A stretch of DNA of 64,000 nt from contig MU054323.1 of the NCBI GenBank assembly GCA_013239625.1, positions 4,194,214-4,258,213 on the forward strand. The letters run 5' to 3'. Of the stretch, positions 22,321 through 34,309 are shown piece after piece (position 1 is the first letter of the stretch; every line of letters begins with the position of its first letter). A program made the position numbers and the translations under genes. The notes under the pieces were generated by a model, which worked only from the letters and a program-made list of their open reading frames with translations, was not told the origin of the DNA and searched no databases. The stretch comes from Lama guanicoe. Its lineage: Eukaryota.

Positions 22321-25300
22321 TTCATCTTTTAAGGAGTACCTTTCGAAACAAACTGTTAAAATAGGACTTTTGCTGTTGATTAGATTTTGATATTGGGACC
22401 TCTAACCCTAAAGAGAGAAGGAAGGCTGTGCTAAAGATTGACTCCATGGTAAGCTGGTCACTCTTGGCCATCACCTTTCTCAAAGTTTTACATATATAAA
22501 GAGAGAGAATTAAGAGAGAAGGAAAGTGAGGAGTTCTTTGGAGAAAGAGTGTTAGTTTGTGCTGTGCATTTCTTCTTTTCCTGTCTTCTCTTTTCCTCAC
22601 AGTCAAGTGGGCAAGGGCTTCAGAGAATGATCCAAGAAGCTTGATGTATGTCCATTGGGCTTTGAGAGGGCCACAAGGGTGCCATGTTGGGGCGTGAGAT
22701 GAGCTCTGCAGAGAGTGCACTGTTAGCTGTGGAAGCCATGCAGGATCGTGAGGGCACTGGCTGGGGTTGGCACCAGAGAACAGCCTGGGGGCAGGAAGGG
22801 GAGTCTCCAAACACCCACAAAAGCCTCAGAGGAGAGAAAGAATCAAGTCCATATCCAGACCGCTGCCACACGCACAGGTAGTTACCCCAGACTACACCGG
22901 GGTGCCCAACAAGAGGGACCTTCTCTTGCTCTTCTTATCTCTTCTTTCCTTTACCTGATTTTGCAGAGGCCAGAAATGGTCAGTGTGGGAGGAGGTGAAG
23001 CAAAACCAGAGCTGAATTTTTCATGCTCCTCCAACCCCCGATGTAGGTTTTTGAGCCTGGCACAAACCCAAGCTCAGGGAGGGGAGAAATTTGATTTTAA
23101 ATGAGAGCTTGAAACTTTAATATTAGACCAGACTAGGGCTTTCAAAACTTTGAAGTGACTGTAAAGCTGCAGGGTCTTTCTGGGATTTTATCCATCCAGC
23201 AACAGAGAAGACTGATTCTACAGTGTTATGTTTAGAGGAACAGTGGTGAGACAAAGTTTCTTTTAGTTTGTTTGCTTCCAGGTTACAAAACCAGTTACCT
23301 TTGTAATGTTGCAAGAATCAAACAAGACAATGGGTGGGAGAGCTGTCTGAATATTGTAAAATGTTATACATACTTTGCAATACTGCTTAAATAATTATAT
23401 GCATATACATATAACAACAACAACAAAAACCAGAAAACACCTAGTAATCACCTGTTCTATGCAAAGAAGGCCATGTGCCAGGTGTTTAGAGGATTTAAAA
23501 ATAAATGTGACATTGTCCCTGCCTGCAGAGAGCTTACTGTCTCTACAAGGTTGCATGTCCTGTGGTTTCCTTATCCAGCTTTCTGCACTGCCAAATGAAG
23601 TCAGCAAAGGTGGAAGTGATTAAGCTTGAAAGTAAGTGCCGGCAGCTAATTCTCTATAGAAGTGATTCAAGCTAAACAAAAGGAGAGTTTGTCTTCTTGC
23701 TGCCTGTCTCGGAGCTCCTCAGCTCAAGATTCTCTTATCTTCAAATGCCTGCCTCTTTCTGAGAATCTGCCTACTGCTCTGGTCCCAGTGCTGCTCAATG
23801 CCTGTTATTGTCTATTGTCCATTCCTTCTGAATTTTCCTTCCGCGAGGCTCCTCATAGCCTTCTGCTCAGTTATTCTCTTTAACCTGAGGGAGAAGAATC
23901 ACCTTTTTTGTGCCACTGGGATGTGGAATAGGAAAGAAGGAAGAGCTGGCATAATGCAAACCAAATGGGCTTAAGGAGAAATCACGTCCAGTTCCCTCAG
24001 CCTGTGGCACATGGAAGCACAGCCTCCCTGCACACCATTTTGGTCCCTCTTAGGTGGCAGCATCTTGGTAGATGACGCTGTACCTGGTGCATAGCAGGAG
24101 CCTAATAAATGTCTATGGCAGGTGGATGTCTTTACTTACCTTATATCGTTTTCTAGGTGAAAACAATGAAATTAATCCTTGGTCTTTCCAAGTCCAGGCT
24201 ACAGACAGCTTTCTGCCTCTTTTTCAAAATTGTGTTCTGGATGATCAAGGTATACAGATTGTTGATCTACTGCCATAGGATCAAGCTACAACATGGCGGT
24301 GCTAATGTAACAGTATATGAAAGGAGATACTGGCTGCACTGGAAAAAAGAGTCTCCCAAGTATAAGGAAACAATGCAGTTTGGTACTTTGGAAAAAAAAA
24401 AGAAACAACAACAACAACAAAAATCCATCAAAAAAGTCCTGCAAAAAACAAACAAAAACCCACGTCTCTGTGTTCTCCAGGGAGACGGTCGCTATGCCGA
24501 GTTACGTTCAGCTTCACCATTGTGTTGTGTTGGTCTCCTGCTCGGAGGGCTGCTCTGGTCCAGAGCCACCAGCTACTTGTGATAGGGTGTAACCTTACTC
24601 TGACCCATACAGATGGTCTGAGTTATTGTACCTTTTGGATAGTTCTACTACCTCTTGCAATATGCCGGTAAGATGTCCCCTCCAGTTTCTAGGGGTTGGG
24701 ATCCCTGAGATGCTTAGATAAGGAAGGAAAAAGAGCATGAAGAAGAAGTGACGGCTGAAAGCCAAATTGCAACAGAGAGACAGGAATCTCCAAATATAGA
24801 CATAAAACCCCCCAAAAACAGCAGTCTGTGGCTATTACATAAACAGCCTAAAACCTTTCAGTCTTCCTCCTACATTATAATGGGGCTTATTTTTAAAAAT
24901 ACACAATTTGGTGAATACAGATCATCGAAGAAAAGTTGGATTATTTTAGTAAAGATGGAAGTAAGGGTGTCATATGTTGTGAAAAACTTTCCATTCAAAA
25001 TAGAAAATGGAGGTGCAATTTTGCTTTAAGATGGTAAACTTATTCAGAATACTGCATTCCCGGAGAGTATCAATTAAAAGCTAAGCAAATTGAACATCTG
25101 CTGCTCGCTTCTGTGTCAGACCCTTAGAGACATTAAGGTATAGTATAAGATAGACTATAGGATATAGTGCCTGTCCTCAAGGTGCTTGCAGTTTTCATTT
25201 GCATCTCGCAGAAGGTGGGCAGTGACAGTTTCTCTGGGAGCCCTGATGTGCCTTTTAGTGACTCTTGCCTTGTTCTTCGCTCAAAGGGCAGACTGCTGTG

Positions 25301-25509
25301 CCAGCTGGGGCCATTCTATCACAAAGAAGCACTCCATGACTCTGTTTCTCAGAGCTGTAAAAATGATGTCCACCCTGGGACCCGGGGAAGGGATCGAGAA
25401 GAGCCCCAGAATCATCTCCAACCTAGTTAGAAAGGTTATATCACAGAGCATTGGCCCCCAGGTCCCACTTCAGTTTATGAAGCTCCAAGGAGAATCTTGA
25501 CCTCACTGG

Positions 25510-25675
25510 AGGCAGCGTGTGCTGTGGAGAGAGCTCAGCTGGCAAGTGGTGGCCTGGCTATCAGTCATGCCTCCAAAGCTGCCTGCTCTGGATGAGACAC
25601 TCTCTTTTGGGATCTCAGTTTCCCCATCTAAAAAGCAAGAAGTCTGAACTCACACCCTCTGCAAGCCACGATCTT
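25510..25675 (+). mobile_element. MIR SINE fragment
   Basis: 'ctcttttgggatctcagtttccccatctaaaaa'. Confidence 0.45.
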
Positions 25676-26005
25676 CCTGGGCATTTTCTTGCTGGGCTGT
25701 TGTGGTTAACAGCCAGATCTGTTTCACTGAAACCTGTATTAAGCTCAGTGAAGCTCTGTATATGGTAATAGGGTGGACCCGTGCTTTCTGAAGCTCCTGT
25801 GTTCCCAACAGCCCCAGCTGAAAACAGCATGAAAGGCCATGGCTCGCGAGTCCTGTGTCTCTAACTGTATGGTTCCCACATTTTGTGCAGTAGACTTTGG
25901 TGAGGATCAAAGGGAGGCACTGAGAAGCCATGTCCATCCTCTCTTATCTTTGACCTTGAGTGTACCCTTCATACCGCTTATTGGCTGATTGGCAGCAGTT
26001 TTAAA

Positions 26006-27100
26006 GTTTTTGTTTTTTTTTTTCACCTTTAGATTTTTTTTTTTAAATTGAAGTATAGTCAGTTACAATGTGTCAGTTTCTGGTGTACGCATAATGTTTC
26101 AGTCATACCTACACATACATATATTTGTTTTCATATTCTTTTTCATTATAGGTAACTATAAGATATTGAATATAGTTCCATGTGCTATATACAAAAAACT
26201 TGTCATTTATCTATTTTATATATAGCAGTTAGTATCTGCAAATCTCAAACTCCTGATTTATCCCTTCCCACCCTCTTTTCCCCTGGTAACCATAAGTTTG
26301 TTTTCTATGTCTGTGAGTCTGTTTCTGTTTTGTAGATAAGGTCTTCTTTTTCTTTTTTTTGGATTCCACATATGAGTGGTATCATATGGTGTTTTTCTTT
26401 CTTTCTGACTTACTTCACCTAGAATGATGATCTCCAGGTCTATCCATGTTGCTGAAAATGGCATTATTTTATTCTTTTTTTTTTTATCCCTGAGGAGTAT
26501 TCCATTGTATAAATATACCAGAACATCTTTATCCAGTAATCTGTCAATGAAGATTTGGATTGTTTCCATGTCTTGGCTATTATACAGAGTTCTGCTATGA
26601 ATGTTGGCGTGCATGTGTCTTTTCAAATTAGAGTTCCCTCTGGATATATGCCTAAGAGTGGGATTGCTGGATCATATGATAAGTCTATTTTTAGTCTTTT
26701 GAGGAATCTCCATACTGTTTTCCATAATGGCTGCACCAAACTACATTCCCACCAACCGTATAGGACAATTCCCTTTTCTCCATACCCTCTCCAGCATTTA
26801 TCATTTGTAGGTATTTTAATAATGGCCATTCTGACTGGTGTGAGGTGATACCTCATTGTAGTTTTGATTTGCATTACTCTGATAATTAGTGATATTGAGC
26901 ATTTTTTTCATGTATCTATTGGCTATTTGCATATCTTCATTGGAGAATTGCTTGTTTATGTCTTCTGCCCATTTTTGGATGGGGTTGTTTGTTTTTTGTT
27001 GTTGTTGTTATTAAGTTGTATGAGCTGTTTATATATTCTGGATATTAAGCCTGTGTCAGTTGCATCATTTGCAGATATTTTCTCCTATTTTGTAGGTTGT
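26006..27100 (-). mobile_element. Young L1 3' portion (ORF2 C-terminus + 3' UTR + polyA)
   Basis: ORF 26623..26874 is [19 protein letters not shown]...CWRGYGEKG...[38 protein letters not shown], the canonical L1 ORF2 C-terminal domain, frameshifted. T-tract at the left end. Confidence 0.95.
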
Positions 27101-27420
27101 CGTTTCTAAGCTTCAGAAGCTCCCTTCCTGTCCCCACTGACCTCCCAGGTGGAGAGGAGGTGTCCCAGAATGAGGACGTTTTTCCTTCTCTGCTGCTCCT
27201 CTCTGGGAGACAGGTCTCACGCCAATTTCCTTTTTCTTTTTTCTTTTTTTCTCCTACCCTTTTTGGTAAGAAGTCTTCTTGTATTTCTGAAGTAAAAGAT
27301 AATTCTGCCAAAGTTCCCTAGACATTCTGTGCAAATTGTTCAGTCTGTAGTTGTAATTTTGGTGTACCCGTGGGAGAGGTTCCTATGCATCCTTCTACCC
27401 CACCATCTTGGCTATCCCTC
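27101..27420 (-). mobile_element. L1 5' terminus (5' UTR start) joined directly to the 3' portion
   Basis: Minus strand begins gagggatagccaagatggtggggtagaaggatgc...ctctcccacgggtacaccaaaattacaactac. The 'CAAGATGG' YY1-site L1 5' end is typical of laurasiatherian L1. Confidence 0.75.
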
Positions 27421-28329
27421 AAATATTTCTCAGCCAAGATCCAGTTGACATTTTTGCCAGATGTTCACATCTGAACTAGACTTTATGTTCGCCCATAGGA
27501 CATATACTACCTGAATTATGAAATTAGAACCCTTTAAAGATTTTATTGATTCCCAGTTATGTCTTCAAAACAAAAAAAAAATGACTGAATGAATAGTCAA
27601 TGATTTATTTAATTTTTATTTGTTCAGGTTGGACATCTTAGGATGCCCGTTAGTCTTTCCTTTACCTTAGGCCTAATATCTAATCAGGAACTAAGCCTAT
27701 TACTGCTTGTCCATAATGACCTTCCTCTCTGTGTCTGCCTTACTACCTGAATTTAGGAGTGTATCACATATTATCTTGACTACTGCATTATCTTCCAAAA
27801 TTGTTGCCGTGCCTCACCTTTCAGCATTCCCAATCCCATTCATCATACATGTATATTTATGTTTGCTTCATAAATCTTAAACACCGGTCATACTTTTTCC
27901 TTATTCAGAAATGTCAGTGTTTTCTATTGGTCCAGAATAAAGTCTGAATTCCTCAGTGTCACGTTCACATTCCCTCCAGCTCCTTCTCCAGTTCTTCATC
28001 TTCATCCTGATGCATTCTAATTCAAAACCTGGGCCCCATCTTCACTAATTTTTCAGTGAACCTCAGGAGAACTTTAATTTTCTCCCGTTACCCATGTATG
28101 TACATCCCTAAAACCTCCCTGTCAGCTCTTTAGGGGTAGCGTTCATGCCAGTTCACTAGGTCGTCCCACGGAGCAGCTAGCCCAGAGTGCAACACAGACT
28201 CCTTTTCAGTAAACGTTTGTGGAACAGATCAGTGAGTGTACCCCACAAAGCCCTTGTCATTTCTACCTTCAAGTCTCCTCTCAAATAATGCTGTCTACTT
28301 GGAATGCTCTCTTCCATTCACTTTAAAAT

Positions 28330-29900
28330 GTTTGCTAATTTTGGTAAGTCAAAGGTAACTTTCCTCTAAGCTTTCCCATTCATTGGCACAAAATTCTTCA
28401 CAATCTCATTAATGTTTGTGGCATTTGTAATTAAGTCCTTCTTTTCATTCCTCATATTGTTTATTCATATTTTCTCTATCTTTTATCTTTATCAATCGTG
28501 CTAGAGGTTTGTTAATTTTATTACTCTTTGCAAAGAATCAACTTTTGGCTTTTGTTTTATCCTCTCTATTGTATGTTGGTTTTCTATTTTAATAACTTCG
28601 TCTCTTATCTTTATTATTTCCCCCTTCTAGTTTCTTTGGGTTTAATTTGCTGTTTTCTGTTTCTATTTTTTAAACTAAGACAGATGCTTAGTTCAATAAT
28701 TTTCAAACTTTTTTCTTTTTTAACTTGATCATTTGAGGTTGTACTTGTCACCACCAGTACTGTGTTACCTGCATTTCACAATGCAGGGAGCTCTCACATA
28801 GTCTTACTGTTTGCCTCTAGAGATTTTCTAACCTATAACATGATTTCTTCTTTCATGTACAAGTGATTTATTTGGGGAGTATGTTTTTAAATTTTCGAAT
28901 ATGTTAAGTTTTTCCTAGTTATCTTCTAGCTGCTATTTCTTACCTAATTGGTTTACGCTCAGTGAACTTACGGTGACACCAAATCCTTTGAAATTTGTTG
29001 AGAATTTCTTTATGGTCCAATATATTGTTGATTTTGGTTGAAATAATTTTGCTGCCTCTTATTATTGGGTGGAATGTACTATAAATGCCCATTAGGTTAT
29101 GCAGTTAATAGTGTGATTCCAATGGGTATTCTTTTTTTCCCCTGCTTGGGCTAACAGTTACTAAGATAGCCATGTTAATTTTTTTTCCATTAACATAGTA
29201 ATTTGTCTGTTTTCCTCCATAATTGTAACCATTTTTTGCTTTGGATATTTTCACAATGTATATAGATATAGGAACGTTAAGAGTAATTGTGATTGATACA
29301 TTGAAACTTTCAACATTATATAGTGACCCTTTGTCTAGTTATGGTTTTTTTTCCTTTGCTACTTATGTTTTTCCTTAAAAATCAGTTTAATCTGGTATTG
29401 ATACAGGCTCCTTTCTTTACTATTTACCTAGAATATCTTTTCATTCTTTTACTTTTAATCTCTTTGTTTTCTGTGTCTTAGATGTGTCTCATAAACAACA
29501 CAGAGCTGGCTTTATTTTTATCATCTTCAATATTTATCTTTTAACTATAACAGTTTATGTGTTAATACTTAATTACTGATGTTTATACACACTATATTTG
29601 TATTTCTATTTATGTATTCATATATATTGAGACATATATATTTATTTTGTGTTTTCTAATTATAACATCTTATTTTTCTATTTATTTTGTTCCCTATTTT
29701 TTTCTCCTTTTTTGCCTTACATTTGACTGATTTTATATTTTGTTATTACATTTCCTTATTTTAGAAATGACGGACTCTGTTTTTCTTCTTGATTACTACA
29801 GAGGTTTTTAATATGCATATATAACTTGAAGTCTAGGATTAAACAACATTTTAACCTTTTTCTTCAACAATGATTCTGTAAGTCACTCCCTCTGTCCCTC
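28330..29900 (-). mobile_element. Old L1 (L1M-type) internal fragment
   Basis: 'ctagaggtttgttaattttattactctttgcaaagaatcaacttttggctttt', 'tttgaaatttgttgagaatttctttatggtccaa' and 'gatgtgtctcataaacaacacagagctgg' are antisense L1 ORF2 5'-region text. Confidence 0.75.
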
Positions 29901-29929
29901 TCCTGCGTTGCTTTCTTTTTGTTGTTGTT

Positions 29930-31320
29930 GTTATCAGCTTTGAGGTATAATTTGAATAACATACAATTCACTCATTTGAAGTGTACAATTCACTGGTGTT
30001 TAGTATAGTCACAGAGTTGTGCAGCCATCACCAATATCTATTTTTTTTTTGGTTTTGTTTTCATTTTTTAATATATATGTTTTTTATTGAAGTATAGTCA
30101 GTTTGCAATGTTGTGTCAGTTTCTGGTGTACAGCACAATACTTCAGTCATTTAGGAACATACATATATTTGTTTTCATATTCTTTTTCACCATGTTACTA
30201 TAAGATACTGAATATAGTTCCCTGTGCTATACAATATAGACTTGTTGTTTATCTATTTTATATATAGTGGGTAGTATCTGCAAATCTCAAACTCCCAATT
30301 TATCCCTTCCCACCCTCTTTCCCCTCTGGTAACCATGTTTGTTTTCTATGTCTGAGAGTCTGTTTCTGTTTTGTAAATAAGTTCTTTTGCCTTTTTTTTT
30401 TTGAGTCCACATATAAGTGATATCATATGGTGTTTTTCTTTCTCTTTTTGGCTTACTTCACTTAGAATGACATTCTCCAGGGACTTCCATGTTGCTACAA
30501 GTGGCGTTATTTTATTATTTTTTATGGCTAAGTAGTATTCCATTGTATAAATATACCACAACTTCTTTATCCAGTCATCTGTCCATGGACTTTTAGGTTG
30601 TTTCCATGTCTTGGCTATTATATATAGTGCTTCTATGAACATCGGGGTGCATGTGTCTTTTTGAATTAAGATTACCTCTGAATATATGCCCAGGAGTTGG
30701 ATTGCTGGATGATATGATAAGTCTATCTTTAGTTTTTTGAGGAATCTCACTACTGTTTTCCATGATGGCTGCACCAAACTACATTCCCACCAACAGTGTG
30801 GGAGGGTTCCCTTTTCTCCACAGCCTCTCCAGCATTTATTGTTTTTGGACTTTTGAATGATGGCCATTCTGATCAGTGTGAGGTTATACCTCATTGTAGT
30901 TTTGATTTGCATTTCTCTGATAATTAGCTATATTGAATTTTTTTATGTGCTTATTGGCCATTTGTATGTTTTCATTGGAGAATTGCTTATTTAGGCCTTC
31001 TGCCCAAACACTATATAATTTTAGAACATTTCCTTCATCCCCCACCCACCAAAAAAAAGCCATACCCATTAACAGTCACTCCCACTTTTCCTCCACCTCC
31101 TGGCTCCTGTCAACCTCTAATTTACTTTCTGCCTCTATGTATTTAACTATTTTGGACATTTCAAATAAATGGGTAATACAGTATTTTGTCTTCTGTGACT
31201 AGCTTCTTTGATTTAGCCTAATGTTTTCAAGATCCATCCATTTTGTAGCATAAATTAGTACAATATTTCTTTTTACAGACAAATAATAATCCATTGTATT
31301 GATGTACCTTATATTCATGT
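29930..31320 (-). mobile_element. Older L1 (L1MB-like) 3' end, split by a younger L1
   Basis: 'cagctttgaggtataatttgaataac...gttgtgcagccatcaccaatatcta' resumes at ~31006 as 'cactatataattttagaacatttccttcatcccc...ttggacatttcaaataaatggg'. Confidence 0.75.
30041..31005 (-). mobile_element. Young L1, 5'-truncated (open ORF2 C-terminal segment)
   Basis: ORF 30346..30912 (188 aa) is [19 protein letters not shown]...[18 protein letters not shown]...[21 protein letters not shown]...[14 protein letters not shown], the L1 ORF2 cysteine-rich C-terminus. Followed by 3' UTR and T-tract. Confidence 0.95.
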
Positions 31321-31950
31321 TTTCTAGGTTTGATAGATGCTTTTAAAGCTAAAGTTGGCTTCAGTGATTATTTTAAATCTAAAGGTTCCTTAGTCATTTA
31401 TTCTCTGGTTTGGAATTATTTACTTCAATGTTTATGCTTAATCAAGAAGTTAAATGAACTAAATGATGTTTTTAGATGTTTTTAGCAGGTGGTTCAATAT
31501 GGGTCCCATATTGCTGGACACATTATTCATCCAAAGGCTCTCTTCTGTGCATTCAGCTTTCCTATCCATCCTTCTCCAACAGATTGTCCCCTCTCCACTA
31601 GCAAGCTTTTTCCCTGATCTGCTGGTGTATCAAGGTCTCTCTTACCTGACATTCCTTCAGCCTTGTTTTGGGGTTCTGGTCATATGCTTCCTGACACAGA
31701 TGGCCTTGCGTTCAGTTACCACTCACTACGATGGGAGGCTCTGGGTGGGCACGGTTGGTCCCTGATGTTTCTGTCTGTATTCAGGAAAGCAGTCTGACTT
31801 AGCATAGGGTGGGGCAGAAGGTGAGCATTCAAGAAATAACTGTTTGATATATAAATGGACAGAGTCAAAGACTGCTATTTTCTTCCATGAAAATTGACTT
31901 CTCTGAGTGAAATTTCATGTATGAAGTTCCTGCTGCCTGGATGAAGTGAG

Positions 31951-32013
31951 CTGAGATCAAGGTGCCAATATACTGCCCTGGGCACCTTCTCTGATTTGGC
32001 TCCTTGATCTCAG
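31951..32013. repeat. Inverted repeat / hairpin (18-bp arms, 1 mismatch, 27-nt loop)
   Basis: Left arm ctgagatcaaggtgccaa (31951-31968). Right arm ttggctccttgatctcag (31996-32013), whose reverse complement is ctgagatcaaggagccaa. Confidence 0.9.
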
Positions 32014-33779
32014 GGACATGGGAGGGGGCCAAAGGGCAAGCTCTCATTATTTACAGCCTCCACAGAGTGTGAGAGAGGACACCGAACAAATCACCTTCCC
32101 TGGTCTGGCTCCACTGATGCCTCGGACTCCTGAGGGCTGGGAGGCATGTTGCAGTTTTGATTTCCCAAGTTCGGAGGGGGCTTAGATATGTGTCTGTCTT
32201 AAGCTCCTTATTGTCTTTCTGCATATTAAGTAGCAAGACCAAGGTCTCAATGGAACATATTCAAAAGGGAGATCAAGAGAGGAATTTGGATCAGATCTGA
32301 TTAAACCCTAATCTCCTCATTAGCATATTGGAAGGAAAGCGCTGATGAGGACCAGTGGTGGGGCCTTTTTCGCGTAGCTGCTTACGTGGCTTGGTCTGAT
32401 AGGCAGGACCCAGTGGCCGAGGAGGGCCTGCACTTGCCTCACAGGTGGGAGAGGCCTTTCTCTGAATTCGTAAATCTTTAACTTGAGCTGGGGATGGAGA
32501 GCACTGAGGTTGAACAGATGGGGCTGTGGCTACTCCCCTGTGGGCTAATGAGAACCAGCATTCCCAGACAGCAAAGAGCTCTGGAGGGACCCTGTCCCGC
32601 CAGCTGAGGAGAGTCTAGCGGAGGAGCAGGGAGGCCTTGAAGAGCCATCACTGTGGTGCTTTCGGCTGCTTCACAAAACCAGAACACTGCCCTTCCTCCT
32701 TCCTCCTGAAATCGCGGTTGGTTCATCAGGGATGTCTTATCTTGACACAGGTTAGAAACGTGTATCTCTTTTTTAAAAGACTGAATAAGTGGAGCAACAA
32801 TGAAAATATGGTGCTGCAGCCTACCATAACAGGGGAGGATTTCACATAAACCAAATCTAATTTATAGTTGGCACTTGCAAAGGGTTGTGGAGCCTTACAC
32901 ATAATAGAGGCTTAATGGGTATTTGTTGAATTTAATGATTTGAATCATTTGTAGCAAAACAAATTCCACTTTGTCTGAATTGCTCAGATAGGTTTCCTCT
33001 TCGCTCCATTTAGCTCAGCAGGCGGGTTAAGATTTTCCACGTGCAGTTGAACAGCAGGATGAGGGACCCTGGCCCATTTTTACGCTGTGCCCGAAGTCAC
33101 AGAGGCACTTGACAATTGTACTGAAACAGAAGGACTTTGGCCTCAGTCCTGGCTTTCCAACTGACCGACTTGTAACAATATAGGACTTTTTGGTGAGAAG
33201 TAACATTTATGGTGAAACAACGCAGTGTCTGGCACAGTGTAGCTCTTAATAAATATTGGTTACAAAAATACATTGTGATTTCCCCTTAAGATGCTGTTGG
33301 GCAAGTCAGTGATTCAGCCTCAGGGTGCCCACTAAAATATCCATGCATTCTGGGGAAAGGTTGAAAAATTCTAATAGCCTACAAGTGCTGTGCTGTCATC
33401 TGAGATGCTTTGCATTCATAATGGGAAGGTGTATATCTCTCTAAATGGAAGTCCAGATCATCAATGCTGGGCCTTAGCCATCAGAAGGCACACCTATAGC
33501 CCAGAAGTGAGGTTAGGAGAGACACGTGATGAGAAGACTGCAACAAATGGAAAACCCATAGCAAAAACTGCTTTCTAGAGGACTAAGAATGTTTGTGGTT
33601 TATTTCCTCTGATCAGTACCTCTTTTTCTTCATGTGCCCAGACCATATAAATCCCAATTTTGTTGGGTGGTTTAGTTGTAGAAATTGGACAAGGGAGGAG
33701 CTTTGTAACCAGTAAAGTTAGAGGAAGGGGTTCTGGCAGAGAGTGTGCACTCAGGAGCTGGTTTTTGAGCTGCTGTTAC

Positions 33780-34295
33780 TTGCGAATGTCTGGAAGTGGG
33801 CGGTCAGGCAGGGGGATGTTTTCAAAGCTCTCCAGGTGAGTCTCTTATGTAGCTCTGGTTGCAATCCACTGTTTCAGATTATCTAGGAATATGTTTTCCT
33901 CTAGGCAAGCGATAGAATCGAATCATTTTGCAGTCTAATAAAACAATGTTTCTTAAAATACTTGTTAAATATACAGATAATGGACCCTCACCCAAGATAC
34001 AACAAATCAGAATCTCTGGGAAGGGGGTGAGAGTTGGGTCTTGAGAGTCTGCATTTTTAACAAACTCTTCAGCTGCCTCTTATGCTCACTTAAGTCTGAA
34101 ATTGAATACCAGTGGATTGCAATGCTGACTACATTTTAGGATCATCTGGAGAGCTTAAAAAAAAAAACTTTATATCTGGACCATTCCTAGAGATTTTTAT
34201 TTCTATTAATTGGTCAGGCAAAGGCCCCAGGGATCAGCAAGTTTAAAAGCTCCCCAATGAATCCAATGTAGTGTTAGGATTAAGAACCACCAAAC
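33780..34295. mobile_element. Cluster of three MER5-type hAT MITEs
   Basis: Three MER5-like bodies: 'ttttcaaagctctccaggtgagtct...ggttgcaatccactg', 'aaatcagaatctctggg...gcatttttaacaaactcttcagctg...cttaagtctgaaa' and 'cagtggattgcaatgctgactacattttaggatcatctggagagcttaaaaa...taagaaccac'. Confidence 0.7.
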
Positions 34296-34309
34296 TAGAG
34301 GTTATGTCT

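Noticed and set aside
21244..22978. Butyrophilin/SKINT/MOG-like gene suggested by 21-nt phase-1 microexons
   Set aside because: I could not find an IgV, IgC or B30.2 exon in the window, and the peptides do not resemble those families.
24481..24560. GPCR TM6-like peptide (VTFSFTIVLCWSP)
   Set aside because: Only the short CWxP motif matches. There is no following hydrophobic segment, TM7 NPxxY or upstream DRY, so it is likely chance.
24157..24582. 141-aa ORF with poly-K/poly-Q
   Set aside because: The runs come from an A-tract and a (CAA)n microsatellite. GTG start and no recognisable domain.
30346..30912. 188-aa ORF as a functional gene
   Set aside because: It is the C-terminus of L1 ORF2 in a 5'-truncated copy lacking promoter, endonuclease and RT.
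31463..31765. 100-aa hydrophobic ORF as a membrane protein exon
   Set aside because: No recognisable homology or convincing donor site. The hydrophobicity is explained by T/C-rich composition.
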